DNA of 64,000 nucleotides from positions 338 through 64,337 of the forward strand of contig JAOUGE010000005.1 of NCBI GenBank assembly GCA_029865605.1, read 5' to 3'. Under the pieces are notes generated by a model that did no database searches, was not told the origin of the DNA, and saw nothing but the letters and a program-made list of their open reading frames with translations. The DNA is from Candidatus Berkelbacteria bacterium (lineage in GTDB: Bacteria; Patescibacteriota; UBA1384; DTJR01). The position numbers and the translations under genes were made by a program. Shown in pieces: positions 9,516 to 20,064 of the stretch (position 1 is its first letter; every line of letters starts with the position of its first letter).

Positions 9516-10777
9516 TAAGTGCTTCTGGCCTGATCCCAACAAGCGCGCCACAGCCTCGTAACTTCCGCCGTCTTATTGGGTGAATCTTGTTTGCCATCCC
9601 AAAAAGGACCGAGTGTCTTTAGAACCGGAGCATATTCGCAGTTGATTGCATTTTCTCCTAGCCTACATGTATTAGCACCGTCTGAGCCTGATTCTAAAAC
9701 ATAGTCGTATTGATCTCTAAGCCTTCCATTGTTCATCCAGGCAGCCATTTGGATTTTGATTTCTCTTCCACCTATGATTTCAGATTTAGTTATATCGATA
9801 TTAATGTCCTCGTACTTACCGCTTGACAATGTCTTTGTTTCTCCGGCAATTATATTATCGTTTTGAATAACCACAGCACAGACCCAGGCCCCGTGGTCTC
9901 TTTGGGTGTCAACTGTCTTGCCTCTATCTTTCGAATAAACAAGTCCACTTCTTCCTCTAGTCACGATTATTGAGCTGAGGAGGTTGGCAGGCAAGACTGT
10001 CACCGGCTCCGAAGAGTATCGAGGCTTGCCCTCTTCACCGGTAGCCGGTTCAGCTTCGGTGCTAGTTTGGCTTTTTGAGCCTGAAGTAACGGGTGCGCCA
10101 AGCTGACTGGAGCTTGGTGGACCGATTGCCGGTTGGGCGGCCGGAGCTGCTTGTTGGGCGGCGGCTTTGGCCTTTGCTTCTTCTTGCTCCTTTTTCCAGG
10201 TTTCGTAAGTCGTGTTTTTCTGGACTGGATTAATTGGTATGTCGTTAATGGCCAATACGTCATAATCAACGCTGTTGGGGCCAACGCAGGCCGGTTTCAG
10301 CGAAGATTGAATGACAGCGTATTTTTTTTGGTTGTCAGGCAAGGCATCAAAAGCCGCCTTGTCCTGAACGATTTGAATTTTCTGCCCGCCGGAGGTTGCT
10401 CTGGAAATGTAAGCATCTACTACCGTAGCGTTAGCAGCGCTGTTGCAGGGTTCATCTTCATTAATCTCCGGAACTTTGATTTGGGTGCATCTCCAATATT
10501 CTTCTCCCATCTTGTCATAATAAGCTTGATGGGCTCCTTTTTCGGTAATTCCTCCAGGGTAGTTATTGATTGCCACCTTGCCGCCGATGCATTTATCCAT
10601 ACTTAAACGGGTGGTTGAAGTGGCATTTTGCGAAGTGCTTGCCAGCAGGGGGTTTTGAGCATTCTGATAGGCCAAAAATCCCACCGTAAAAGCAAAGACC
10701 GTCGCACCGATCCCTGCCATTGCCCAGCTTGCCACACTAAAAAACCTTGGAGCTTCGCGTTTTTCGCCTTCCGCCAT
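9512..10777 (-). CDS. hypothetical secreted/membrane-anchored protein with an Ala/Gln/Pro-rich low-complexity linker
   Basis: N-terminal transmembrane helix (FFSVASWAMAGIGATVFAFTVGFLAY), then an AKAKAAAQQAAPAAQPAIGPP linker. Convergent with ftsH, with a 4-nt overlap. Confidence 0.4.
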   Translation of the reverse strand: MAEGEKREAPRFFSVASWAMAGIGATVFAFTVGFLAYQNAQNPLLASTSQNATSTTRLSMDKCIGGKVAINNYPGGITEKGAHQAYYDKMGEEYWRCTQIKVPEINEDEPCNSAANATVVDAYISRATSGGQKIQIVQDKAAFDALPDNQKKYAVIQSSLKPACVGPNSVDYDVLAINDIPINPVQKNTTYETWKKEQEEAKAKAAAQQAAPAAQPAIGPPSSSQLGAPVTSGSKSQTSTEAEPATGEEGKPRYSSEPVTVLPANLLSSIIVTRGRSGLVYSKDRGKTVDTQRDHGAWVCAVVIQNDNIIAGETKTLSSGKYEDINIDITKSEIIGGREIKIQMAAWMNNGRLRDQYDYVLESGSDGANTCRLGENAINCEYAPVLKTLGPFWDGKQDSPNKTAEVTRLWRACWDQARSTY

Positions 10778-10933
10778 TTTTCCTCCTTTAAAGTCCTTGT
10801 TTCTTGCCTTAATGATAACAGACCAGACTAAGGTTTGTCAAAGTGGAATCTGCCAGCCACTATCGTGTATTATATGGTATGTTATGAGTTTTTCTATTCT
10901 ATATTCTTAATTCATGACCCTTAATTCACTCAC

Positions 10934-12802
10934 ATGGATATTCTAAAGGACTTAAACGACCGGCAAAAAAAAGCGGTTATTCAAACCGAGGGCCCTGTTT
11001 TGATATTAGCCGGAGCGGGATCGGGCAAAACCCGAGCTTTGACCCATCGGATCGCTTATTTAATTAAGGAAAAACATATACGAGCTGATAACATTTTAGC
11101 CGTTACCTTCACCAACAAAGCCGCCGGGGTGATGAAAGAACGTGTTGCCGCACTACTGGGGGCTAGAGACTGGAGGCTAAAGGCTGCTCTGCCCTGGCTT
11201 GGAACTTTCCACTCGATTTGTGTCAGGATTTTAAGGAGGGAAGGGAAGGCCCTTGGGATTTCAAATAAATTTATTATTTATGACGAGGATGACTCGATGC
11301 GGGCGATCAAGAGGGCGATGAGAGAACTTGAAATTGCGGAAAAAAAACACAATCCACGCGCAATTAAGGCCTATATTTCGGGTGCGAAAGGGGAGTTGAT
11401 CAAAGCCGAGGCCTACAGTGGCTATGCCAACGATTATTTTCAAAAAATCGTCGCCCGTGTTTATCTTAAATATGAAAAGATGTTGGAGGGCTCTGATGCG
11501 CTTGATTTTGACGATCTTATCTTAAAAACAGTTGAACTTTTTCAAAAATTCCCCGAAATTCTAGATAAATATCAAGACAGGTTTCGCTATATTTTGGTTG
11601 ACGAATATCAGGATACCAATCACGCTCAATATATTTTTCTCAAACTTCTTTCTCAAAAGTATCGCAATGTCTTTGTGATAGGGGACGACTGGCAGTCAAT
11701 TTACTCGTTTCGGGGCGCAAAATTCCAAAATATCCTTGATTTTAAGAAGGATTATCCGGAGGCCAAGGTCATTTTACTTGAAGAAAATTATCGCTCAACA
11801 GCGCCGATTTTGGGGGCAGCTCAAGAGGTGATAAGGCAAAACGAAATGCGTTCCGATAAAAACCTATTTACAAAAAAGGGTGGGGGAGCGCCGGTAGTGC
11901 TCGTTGTCTCTCGCGACAAATTTTTGGAAATTAGTTTTATTTTGGACGAAATTCTTTCTCTGACGGTAGGGGAGAGCAAAAAATTATCGGATTTTGTTAT
12001 TTTATTTCGGACTAATGCCCAGACGAGAACTTTTGAGGAGAAACTAATCGAGAGACGACTCCCCTATCGGATCGTCGGCGGAGTCCGCTTTTATGAAAGG
12101 CGCGAGGTGAAAGATATCCTCGCCTATCTTAAATTAATCCAAAATGAAAAAGATATAGTCTCCCTCTCTCGAGTTATTAATACCCCACCCCGCGGCATAG
12201 GAGCGAAGACACTTGAAAAGATAATTTCTCTTGGAGATGAAGCTGGGGAGCAGGTGCCAAAATTCTCCGAATTTAATAATTTAATTCAGGATTTAAGGAA
12301 AGATTCAGAGCGTCTTCCCCTTCCCGACCTGATTGACAAAATTATGACAAAAACCCGTTATCGAGAATATCTTTCTGATGGGACGGTCGAGTCGCAAGGT
12401 CGGCTGGAAAATATCGAAGAGCTTAAAGCAGCCGCTTCCTCACACGCTGACTTAGCGGCTTTCTTAGAGTCGGTCTCGCTGGTTGCCGATATAGATCTGT
12501 ATAATGAAAAGGAGGAGGCGCTGACTTTAATGACTGTTCATTCGGCCAAGGGGTTGGAGTTTCCGGTTGTTTTTATTTCTGGTCTTGAAGAAGGTCTTTT
12601 TCCCCACTCGCAGTCTCTTGATAATCAGTTTGATCTTGAAGAAGAAAGACGTTTATTCTATGTTGGAATGACAAGGGCAATGGAAAGATTGTATTTAAGC
12701 TATTCAAAAGCAAAATTTACTTATGGCTCGTTTCAGGTTTGCTTGCCATCGAGGTTTTTAGATGAGCTCTCTCAGGACAAAATGGATCTAGTTGAGATAT
12801 AA
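10934..12802 (+). CDS. ATP-dependent DNA helicase UvrD/PcrA family
   Basis: Helicase motif I AGAGSGKT, motif Ia TFTNKAA, motif II DEYQDTN, motif III FVIGDDWQSIYSFRGA, motif VI VGMTRA. Confidence 0.9.
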   Translation: MDILKDLNDRQKKAVIQTEGPVLILAGAGSGKTRALTHRIAYLIKEKHIRADNILAVTFTNKAAGVMKERVAALLGARDWRLKAALPWLGTFHSICVRILRREGKALGISNKFIIYDEDDSMRAIKRAMRELEIAEKKHNPRAIKAYISGAKGELIKAEAYSGYANDYFQKIVARVYLKYEKMLEGSDALDFDDLILKTVELFQKFPEILDKYQDRFRYILVDEYQDTNHAQYIFLKLLSQKYRNVFVIGDDWQSIYSFRGAKFQNILDFKKDYPEAKVILLEENYRSTAPILGAAQEVIRQNEMRSDKNLFTKKGGGAPVVLVVSRDKFLEISFILDEILSLTVGESKKLSDFVILFRTNAQTRTFEEKLIERRLPYRIVGGVRFYERREVKDILAYLKLIQNEKDIVSLSRVINTPPRGIGAKTLEKIISLGDEAGEQVPKFSEFNNLIQDLRKDSERLPLPDLIDKIMTKTRYREYLSDGTVESQGRLENIEELKAAASSHADLAAFLESVSLVADIDLYNEKEEALTLMTVHSAKGLEFPVVFISGLEEGLFPHSQSLDNQFDLEEERRLFYVGMTRAMERLYLSYSKAKFTYGSFQVCLPSRFLDELSQDKMDLVEI

Positions 12803-12804
12803 AG

Positions 12805-13782
12805 ATGGATAATCCCCTTTTTATTTTTAGGTTGACTTATATTACCCTCTTTTCTCTTCTTATAGTTTTCGCCGTCGTTTTTTGGCCGCAGCAGCACCGC
12901 CGCGCCCAAGTTTTAGGGGCATACGATGAGAATTATTTAGTTGGACGCGCGATTAGTTTAGCTGGCTTTGGGGCGGAGGATAGAGCGGTTGAGCCGGAGA
13001 TAAATTATCTTTTCCCAGGCGAAAAAATCGAATTAGATATTCTCGATCCATCTTTGAGGGTTGTTAATATTTTTGATTTAAACCTTGGTGTGGGTGCCAT
13101 TCAGGTCATTTTTCACGCCCCTGAATATAAAGTTACCGATGCTGGAAGGGCGACTTATGTCCGTAGTTTTAAGGCGAAAGTAGGGGGTGTAATCGCTGAC
13201 GGAGGAATTGTTTTGGCCAAAGAAGATATGGTCAAGCCGTCTCTTGACTCTCTTGCGCAGCGCGACATAGAGATAACGCGGGTCAGCATTGCAGAGATCG
13301 AGGAATTTGAAACTATCTCCTATCAGACGAAGGAGATTGAGGATTCAAATCTTGAGCGAGGCCTTAAAAGGGTTGAGAAAGCGGGTCGGACCGGAAAGAA
13401 AAAACATGTTTTTAAAGTTCGGCGCGAGAACGGCCTTGAAGTTGCTCGAGACTTGATTCGCTCGGAAGTGGTTGAAAAGCCAGAAGACAGGGTAATAAGA
13501 ATTGGCACTAAGGTTGTTGTTTTAAGTTCGGTTAGAGGTTACGCGACAGCAACAAATCTTTCTAATGCCGTTGTGAGCGCCAATTATCGGCGAGGGACTT
13601 TGATCAGAATAACTAATCTGGCAAATGGGGTATCAATTTTCAAGACCGTCAACTATACTTGGGGCATCGCCTCGCCGCCGGATGGCGTCGTTCTGGATTT
13701 ATCCTGGAACATTCTGGACGAACTGAAGTTTAGTGGTCAAGGTAAGGGCCCGATGGTTTTAGTTGAGGAAATTAAACAGTAA
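12805..13782 (+). CDS. YabE-like protein: N-terminal transmembrane helix and a C-terminal 3D/RlpA-like (double-psi beta-barrel) domain
   Basis: The C-terminus TLIRITNLANGVSIF...VVLDLSWNILDEL resembles the RlpA/3D motif (xIDLSxxAFxxL). It sits directly upstream of ksgA, as yabE does in Firmicutes. Confidence 0.45.
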   Translation: MDNPLFIFRLTYITLFSLLIVFAVVFWPQQHRRAQVLGAYDENYLVGRAISLAGFGAEDRAVEPEINYLFPGEKIELDILDPSLRVVNIFDLNLGVGAIQVIFHAPEYKVTDAGRATYVRSFKAKVGGVIADGGIVLAKEDMVKPSLDSLAQRDIEITRVSIAEIEEFETISYQTKEIEDSNLERGLKRVEKAGRTGKKKHVFKVRRENGLEVARDLIRSEVVEKPEDRVIRIGTKVVVLSSVRGYATATNLSNAVVSANYRRGTLIRITNLANGVSIFKTVNYTWGIASPPDGVVLDLSWNILDELKFSGQGKGPMVLVEEIKQ

Positions 13783-13784
13783 AG

Positions 13785-14585
13785 ATGAAAGAAAAGGTTT
13801 TTGCTAAAAAGTCGCTTGGACAACACTTTCTTAAATCTGAAAGGGTCTTAGACGGTATTGTTAAGGCGGCGGAGATTAAAAAAGAGGACACGGTTTTTGA
13901 AATCGGGCCGGGAACGGGAAATCTCACTCAGAAATTGCTCGCCTCCCCCGCTAAAATGATTATTGCCTGTGAAAAGGATGATGAATTATACCGAAGTTTA
14001 TTGGAAAAGTTTAAAAGCAAAAGATTGAAATTAATTCATCAAGATGCACTTTTGCTGATACCTGGTTTACAAGCCGAGTCCCCCCTTAAAGTCGTGGCAA
14101 ATCTTCCTTATAATATTGCATCTCCGGCAATTATTTCTCTTTTGAGTGTTTGCCCGACTCTGCCGGAGCGCCTCGTCGTAATGGTTCAAAAAGAAGTCGC
14201 CGAGCGCTTAACTGCTAAGCCCGATGATTCAAATAGGGGACTTTTAACCGTTTTTCTTGAGCTTTTTGGAACGGTAAAAATTATCGAGAAGGTGTCGCGA
14301 AGCCAGTTCTATCCCCCGCCCCAGGTAGAGTCGGCGGTGATTTTGATCGGCGGTATAAAGAGGCCCGAATTTAAACCAAAAGATACCTTAAAAATCTTAA
14401 AGCTTGCCTTTGCCGGAAAACGCAAAAAAATAAAAAATTCGCTTTTTTCGAGTTTGCAGATCTCCTCTAGCAAATCAGAAGTGATAGCAACAGAATGTGG
14501 CATCTCCCTCGACCAAAGGCCGGAGGAGCTCGATAGAAATCAGTGGGCCAAATTAATAAATTCTCTAGTCAATAGTTTGGAATAA
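13785..14585 (+). CDS. ksgA: 16S rRNA (adenine1518/1519-N6)-dimethyltransferase
   Basis: LGQHFL and the SAM-binding motif EIGPGTGNLT. 266 aa. Confidence 0.88.
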   Translation: MKEKVFAKKSLGQHFLKSERVLDGIVKAAEIKKEDTVFEIGPGTGNLTQKLLASPAKMIIACEKDDELYRSLLEKFKSKRLKLIHQDALLLIPGLQAESPLKVVANLPYNIASPAIISLLSVCPTLPERLVVMVQKEVAERLTAKPDDSNRGLLTVFLELFGTVKIIEKVSRSQFYPPPQVESAVILIGGIKRPEFKPKDTLKILKLAFAGKRKKIKNSLFSSLQISSSKSEVIATECGISLDQRPEELDRNQWAKLINSLVNSLE

Positions 14586-14611
14586 GTTAGCACCTTCTTC
14601 TCGGGCTCTAC

Positions 14612-14815
14612 CTACTCATCTGCGGAGAGTGCCGGTTCGTCGGGAAGCGTTGAGCTGCAGCTGGCTTCGTTTTCAGCTTGGAGATTTCTCTGACTGGCGA
14701 TCCAGTATCCACCCATACCGAAAACAATTGCTGCGATTGCCACCAGACAGATTACCGACGTCAGGCTAAAGTTCGTTGCTTTTGGCTGTTCTTCCGCCAT
14801 CGCCCCCCTGCCCAT
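14612..14815 (-). CDS. small single-pass membrane protein
   Basis: One hydrophobic helix ICLVAIAAIVFGMGGYWIA. 67 aa. Confidence 0.3.
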   Translation of the reverse strand: MGRGAMAEEQPKATNFSLTSVICLVAIAAIVFGMGGYWIASQRNLQAENEASCSSTLPDEPALSADE

Positions 14816-14848
14816 AATTCTTAATTCTAAGTTCTTAATTCTGAGTTG

Positions 14849-15484
14849 CTAGTTGACCGCCATATTAATCGCCCAACCTAGTAGAAAATACTGCAAGCCT
14901 GAACTAACCCTGTCTTTGAGAGGAATTTCAACTGATAGATTAGCATTGTCCCCGATTCTGGTTTGAAAATAAAGGCTCTGGCCGAACATATTGCTCCATG
15001 GTACATTGTAGGGAAGCATACTGCCATATCTTGGAAAGGCTTGGCACTCGGGGCGGGGTAAAATCGAGCGCATTAGAACACAGTTAGTAAGCCAGTCCTG
15101 ATTGTTGTCGTATCCGCCAGGATAATTATCTCCCCATGGGTATTGGGACATTCTGTCCCAGTAAGGCATATTTTGTTCAAATCCGGCTCTATACCAAGGG
15201 TCATAATAGGGGTTGCCAATCCAGCTATTTGGGACTCCTAGCGCGCAGGTATTAAGCGGATCACCGGGCGGCGCCCAAGTGCCGTCTGGTAGCTGCTGCC
15301 ATTGACCCCCCTCGTGTTCGATACAAGTCCCCGGCGCGTATTTTGTCAGTGAACCCAAAGGATTTGCCTCTTGAGCAAAAGCAAAAATCGGCACTATTAT
15401 AACTGCTAAAAGAGATAAACAAAGCAGAAATTTTCTCATCAAGAACATTATATCACTTTTGTGAGAATATATATCAAGTTGCAT
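14849..15484 (-). CDS. secreted Trp/Tyr/Pro-rich hypothetical protein (true start probably the internal Met that precedes the signal peptide)
   Basis: Signal-peptide-like MRKFLLCLSLLAVIIVPIFAFAQEA. An aromatic-rich mature region. Confidence 0.4.
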   Translation of the reverse strand: MQLDIYSHKSDIMFLMRKFLLCLSLLAVIIVPIFAFAQEANPLGSLTKYAPGTCIEHEGGQWQQLPDGTWAPPGDPLNTCALGVPNSWIGNPYYDPWYRAGFEQNMPYWDRMSQYPWGDNYPGGYDNNQDWLTNCVLMRSILPRPECQAFPRYGSMLPYNVPWSNMFGQSLYFQTRIGDNANLSVEIPLKDRVSSGLQYFLLGWAINMAVN

Positions 15485-16364
15485 TCAAGAAGTGCTTTGC
15501 GATTTTTTCGGCTTCTTTATAGCTTGGTACCCACTTGACATTGCCATGATGGCGAAACCAGGTCAACTGGCGTCTTGCGTAAGCATGAATTTTGTATTTT
15601 AGCTCTTGCGACATCTGTTCAAAAGTTTGTTTATCTGGATTTAAAATGTGGTTTCCAATGATTTTATATTCTAGGCCGAGGTTCAATAGCCACTTTGGGT
15701 CAACGCCGCAGTTTAAAAGATCTCGCACTTCCTCTAACATGCCAAGTTTGAAACGCTCATTAACGCGCCGGTCAATCTTTTCGTAGAGTTTTTCTCGCGG
15801 TAAATTGATTCCAATCTGTAATGTTTGAAAATCAGGTTTTGTTTTGGTGGCACTTATTCCCTCTCCTGCCTTTTCAATTGCCCGAATCAGCCGGCGAGGG
15901 TTATTAATATCTAGCTTTTCTGTGTTGACTCGCAGTTTTTCGCATATTTTTATTAACTCTTTTGCTGTTTTCTTCTCCAACTCTTTTCTTTTATAATTTT
16001 TGCTCTTTGCTTTTGATTTTTTATTTAAATCGTAGCCCTCGCAGAGGGCTTCTACATACAGTCCTGTTCCTCCAACTACAATCGGTGATTTTCCTCGGCT
16101 AAAAATATTATCAATCGCAACCTTCGTGTTTTTAAGCCAATCAAAAACTGTGAATTTCTTCCCGGGATTACATATGTCAATCAAATGATATTTGATTTTT
16201 TCGTACTCGCCGAGATCTTTGCCGGTGCCGATATCTAATTTCTTGAAAACTTGTCTTGAGTCCGCTGAAATAATCTCACCGTTAAATTTTTCAGCGAGTT
16301 TAATCCCGACCGCTGTTTTCCCCGACGCTGTCGGCCCGACAATACAGGTTATTTTTTTGTTCAT
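15474..16364 (-). CDS. miaA: tRNA dimethylallyltransferase
   Basis: P-loop IVGPTASGKT at the N-terminus and the usual length (296 aa). Confidence 0.85.
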   Translation of the reverse strand: MNKKITCIVGPTASGKTAVGIKLAEKFNGEIISADSRQVFKKLDIGTGKDLGEYEKIKYHLIDICNPGKKFTVFDWLKNTKVAIDNIFSRGKSPIVVGGTGLYVEALCEGYDLNKKSKAKSKNYKRKELEKKTAKELIKICEKLRVNTEKLDINNPRRLIRAIEKAGEGISATKTKPDFQTLQIGINLPREKLYEKIDRRVNERFKLGMLEEVRDLLNCGVDPKWLLNLGLEYKIIGNHILNPDKQTFEQMSQELKYKIHAYARRQLTWFRHHGNVKWVPSYKEAEKIAKHFLNAT

Positions 16365-16441
16365 AAATTTGTTTATAAGAAGGTCGAAGGCGGTCGGGGC
16401 TTGGGGCCGCCGACCGCCTGGTAGCTAGGGGGGAGCAGTTG

Positions 16442-16786
16442 TCAGAGGAGAGGGGATGGCATCCCGGCTGGAGCGGCTGAAGCGATTGCCCGGCTGATGG
16501 TCGCGGGAGTCCAGAGGGTTCCCTTGTCGAACCGTACTCTGCGGTCTCCGTGAACTGACCTGGTTGCGCGCAGCCAGGCGGATTCGACCTCGTTGGGTGG
16601 CGGCTCGTAGTGGAACAGTACTCTCACCACCCAAGCTGTCGCTGTCTGTGACCAGACATCAACGTCCGCTTCCAGTCTTCTCTCTTCTCGCCTCAGTGCA
16701 GCGATGAACTCAGCGAATACCTGTGTTACCGGCTCGGTTTGCACTTCCTCACTCCCCTTCCGTGAGTAGTACTCGCAATCTATCAA
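16442..16786 (-). CDS. hypothetical protein encoded in a short GC-rich island
   Basis: ORF of 114 aa in a locally GC-rich segment between miaA and comM. No recognisable motifs. Weak. Confidence 0.25.
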   Translation of the reverse strand: MIDCEYYSRKGSEEVQTEPVTQVFAEFIAALRREERRLEADVDVWSQTATAWVVRVLFHYEPPPNEVESAWLRATRSVHGDRRVRFDKGTLWTPATISRAIASAAPAGMPSPLL

Positions 16787-16823
16787 AAATCAGGTTATAC
16801 TTCAAGCGGAAAGGGCTGGTTTT

Positions 16824-18335
16824 ATGGAGAAACTCTCAATTATTAAGTCGGTTGTTGCAGTCGGGCTCGAGCCACAGGTAGTTGATGTTGAAGTTGATGT
16901 TGGAGCGGGACTACCGGGGTTGACGATTGTCGGCCTTCCCGACAAAGCAGTTGAGGAATCGAAGGAACGAGTCCGCCTCGCTTTGAAAAATTCCGGTTTT
17001 GACTTCCCGCAAAAGAAAATTGTCGTCAACCTTGCTCCGGCTGATGTCAAAAAGGAAGGCCCGGCTTATGATTTGCCGATTGCCGTTGGAACTTTAATTG
17101 CCTCAGGCATCATCAAACCAAAAGAAATTAATAAAACCATCTTTATCGGCGAGCTCTCATTAAGCGGGAAACTGCGGGCAACGAAAGGGATAATTCAGGC
17201 CTCAATTCTAGCGAAAAAAAAGAACCTTTCCCTTGTCTGCCCGATTCAGAACCAAGCCGAAGCCAATTTGATCTCGGGTATAGAAATCCTAGCTGCCGAA
17301 GATCTTAAATCAATGGTTGCGGCATTGCTTGCTGATGATACCAGGATTTTTTCAAAAACCACCGGCGTTAAAGATGTCCCAGAGCCCGACTACGGCGATT
17401 ATGATTTTCAAAATGTTGTTGGCCAGTCTCAAGCCAAGAGAGCGCTTGAGATCGCCGCCGCCGGCGGCCACAACGTGCTTTTGTCCGGCCCGCCCGGCGG
17501 CGGCAAAACACTCTTGTCTCGCAGTATTATCTCGATCCTGCCCCCGCTTGAGGAAGAGGAGCTTTTAGAGGCAACTAAAATTTATTCCGTGGCTGGCCTT
17601 TTAACCGAAGACGAGCCGATTATTATTCGTCGTCCCTTCCGCTCCCCCCATCACACAACCTCCGCCGTGGCAATAATCGGCGGCGGGACATATCCCAAGC
17701 CCGGTGAAATATCATTGGCCAACAAAGGTGTTTTATTTTTAGATGAATTCCCCGAATTTCCCCGCTCGGTTTTGGAAGCCTTGCGCCAGCCGCTTGAAGA
17801 TAAAGTGGTTACTGTTAGCCGGGCCCAAGCCACCTATCGTTTTCCGGCTGACTTTATTTTGGTCGCGGCTAAAAATCCCTGCCCCTGCGGTTTTCTGGGA
17901 GACGAGCATCACGAGTGTAAGTGTCCGGCGACCCAAATTCTAAGCTACGATCGTCGCGTTTCCGGCCCGCTTCTAGACAGGATAGATCTTTATCTTAATG
18001 TCGGGAAAATCCCTCTCAAGAAAATCCAGTCCTCACAAAAAGAAGAAAAATCAAGTGAGGTAAAAAAGAGAGTTATCAAAGCGAGGAGACTGCAAATCTC
18101 AAGGCAGGGGAAGCTAAATAGCCAGCTTAGTAAAAAGGATCTTAATAGATTCGCCGCTCTCAACGAAGAACAGGAAGAATTTTTGGAGGGAGCGGCAGAG
18201 AAGCTTGGCCTTTCGATGCGCGGTTTTATCAAAGTTTTAAGAATTTCAAGGACTATTGCCGACCTTGCCCAAAGCAAAAATGTTTTAATGGAGCATTTGG
18301 CTGAAGCTCTCCAATATCGCCAGCGCGAGCAGTAA
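16824..18335 (+). CDS. comM: Mg-chelatase-like AAA+ ATPase ComM/YifB family
   Basis: N-terminal Lon-like domain, Walker A GPPGGGKT, Walker B FLDEFPEF, C-terminal ChlI-like region. 503 aa. Confidence 0.88.
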   Translation: MEKLSIIKSVVAVGLEPQVVDVEVDVGAGLPGLTIVGLPDKAVEESKERVRLALKNSGFDFPQKKIVVNLAPADVKKEGPAYDLPIAVGTLIASGIIKPKEINKTIFIGELSLSGKLRATKGIIQASILAKKKNLSLVCPIQNQAEANLISGIEILAAEDLKSMVAALLADDTRIFSKTTGVKDVPEPDYGDYDFQNVVGQSQAKRALEIAAAGGHNVLLSGPPGGGKTLLSRSIISILPPLEEEELLEATKIYSVAGLLTEDEPIIIRRPFRSPHHTTSAVAIIGGGTYPKPGEISLANKGVLFLDEFPEFPRSVLEALRQPLEDKVVTVSRAQATYRFPADFILVAAKNPCPCGFLGDEHHECKCPATQILSYDRRVSGPLLDRIDLYLNVGKIPLKKIQSSQKEEKSSEVKKRVIKARRLQISRQGKLNSQLSKKDLNRFAALNEEQEEFLEGAAEKLGLSMRGFIKVLRISRTIADLAQSKNVLMEHLAEALQYRQREQ

Positions 18336-18337
18336 CT

Positions 18338-19021
18338 ATGGAATTTAAGCTACCCAAGAGTTTTGAGGGCGTGCGGATTTTTTCAAGCGAAATTACTGAC
18401 GGGCCGATGAATCGTCTTCTGGAGGAGGGCAGGAGAAACGCCCCAAAATTTCTAAGAAAAATCAGGGCAAGTAAGCCCTTCTCTTCAGCCGGCCAGCCTC
18501 ATAAGGACTTAATTAAAATTATTGAAAAAGACGGCTTTTACAAAAACGCCGATGGGCTGCTGACAAGAGGGGATTATGTCTTGGCGGTCAAGACGGCGGA
18601 CTGCATTCCCCTGCTTCTCTTTAGCCGTGAATCCTGTGTGATTGGGGCGGTTCATTTGAGCCGAAAGAACTTAATCTCGGGAATGGTTTCTAAATCCCTT
18701 AAAGAGAATCTTAAAAAATTAAAGGTCACTCCCCTATCACTCAAGATTTTTTTGGCGCCTCATATAAGATGGCCTCATTATGAAATTAAAAAGGATATTT
18801 ACGACCCCCTGCGCGGGACAAAGTGGGAGGGGTTTATTAAATCCAAAAATTCCAAAAATTATTTTGACCTAACTCAAGCGGCGGTTTGCGAGCTTGAAGG
18901 GATCGGAGTTTTAAAGGATAATATTTATGACAGCAAAGTAGACACTTATCTGTCAGATAAGTTTTATAGCGCGAGGAGGGGGCAGAACTTTGTTTTTCTA
19001 ACAGTGATTTTTAAAAAATGA
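18338..19021 (+). CDS. YfiH/PgeF (DUF152) family protein
   Basis: Conserved TADCIPLLLF motif and a downstream His (AVHLS), characteristic of DUF152. Confidence 0.45.
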   Translation: MEFKLPKSFEGVRIFSSEITDGPMNRLLEEGRRNAPKFLRKIRASKPFSSAGQPHKDLIKIIEKDGFYKNADGLLTRGDYVLAVKTADCIPLLLFSRESCVIGAVHLSRKNLISGMVSKSLKENLKKLKVTPLSLKIFLAPHIRWPHYEIKKDIYDPLRGTKWEGFIKSKNSKNYFDLTQAAVCELEGIGVLKDNIYDSKVDTYLSDKFYSARRGQNFVFLTVIFKK

Positions 19022-20064
19022 GCCGACCTACAAAAAAGTTTATTTATAAGGGATTGTTTATTTTAGCTTCAATCGCTTTTATTTTTATCTTTTTTAAACA
19101 ATTCGGCTCAATCGCCAACGCGGTTGAAACTTTAGCCAAGGGCTCCTGGTATTTTATGATCGCGGTTTTTGCCCTCGTTGCCTTGGCGATTGTCAATCGG
19201 GGAGCTTTTTATCATTCACTTTACGATTTTTTCGGGGTTAATGACTCGTTAAAAAGACTGATTATCCTCTCTCTTGCTTCCAATTTTGTTAACTTAGCCG
19301 CCCCTACTGCTGGTCTTTCCGGTATGGCGATTTTTATTTCCGAGGCTGAAGATCAGGGCATGACCAAGAGCCGGGCGACTTTTGTCAATATCTTTGCCCA
19401 GTTTTTAATTTATGGAGTTTTTCTTGTCATTTTGCTTTTTGGTCTTTTTTACCTTTTGTTTAACCATCAGCTTCACAAGTATCAGGTTATAACGGCAGCG
19501 ATTTTATTTGGCATTATCTTTTTTGCCCTGGTAGTGATGTTTATTGCGCTTGAAAGCGCTGCCAGGTTAAAAAAGCTCTTTCGCTTTGTTCAAGCAATCG
19601 TTAATTTCGTGACTGGGCTATTGCAAAGAAGAGAGGTCATCAACGAAAGTCATGTCCATCTTATCAGTCAGGAAATAAGGCAGTGCCTTGGCTTGATAGA
19701 GAGAAATTGGAAGAAGCTCTGGCTTCCGGTGCTTCATGTTTTTCTAATGGAAGCGATCGAGATTTTGATTTTATATTATCTGTTTTTAGCTTTTAGATAT
19801 CCCATATACGCCGGAATTTTAATCACAGTTTACGCAATTGCCGTTCTTTTTTCTCTGATATCGATTACTCCAAGCGGCATTGGTATTGTTGAGGCAACGA
19901 TGATTTTGGTTTTAAGCAGCCTGGCTGTGCCGGTTGAAACTTCGACGATTGTCGTAGTTGGCTACAGAATTTTTACCTACTGGATTCCATTTGTTCTGGG
20001 TTATTTCGCCTTTAGGATCTTTCAAAAAACAAAGGTTGAAAGAGTGGAAAATGGCTCTCGTTGA
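19018..20064 (+). CDS. polytopic membrane protein (UPF0104/flippase-like, lysyl-PG synthase transmembrane-domain-like)
   Basis: Eight or more predicted transmembrane helices. 348 aa. Confidence 0.4.
   Translation: MSRPTKKFIYKGLFILASIAFIFIFFKQFGSIANAVETLAKGSWYFMIAVFALVALAIVNRGAFYHSLYDFFGVNDSLKRLIILSLASNFVNLAAPTAGLSGMAIFISEAEDQGMTKSRATFVNIFAQFLIYGVFLVILLFGLFYLLFNHQLHKYQVITAAILFGIIFFALVVMFIALESAARLKKLFRFVQAIVNFVTGLLQRREVINESHVHLISQEIRQCLGLIERNWKKLWLPVLHVFLMEAIEILILYYLFLAFRYPIYAGILITVYAIAVLFSLISITPSGIGIVEATMILVLSSLAVPVETSTIVVVGYRIFTYWIPFVLGYFAFRIFQKTKVERVENGSR

Noticed and set aside
16385-16440. Sequence GGTCGAAGGCGGTCGGGGCTTGGGGCCGCCGACCGCCTGGTAGC resembling the start of the tRNA-tail element (TCGAAGGCCGG).
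   Set aside because: Only the first about 10 nt match. There is no P2/AGCA loop, no TTGTGACC, and no adjacent tRNA or tRNA-end repeat. It is more likely a GC-rich hairpin at the edge of an islet.
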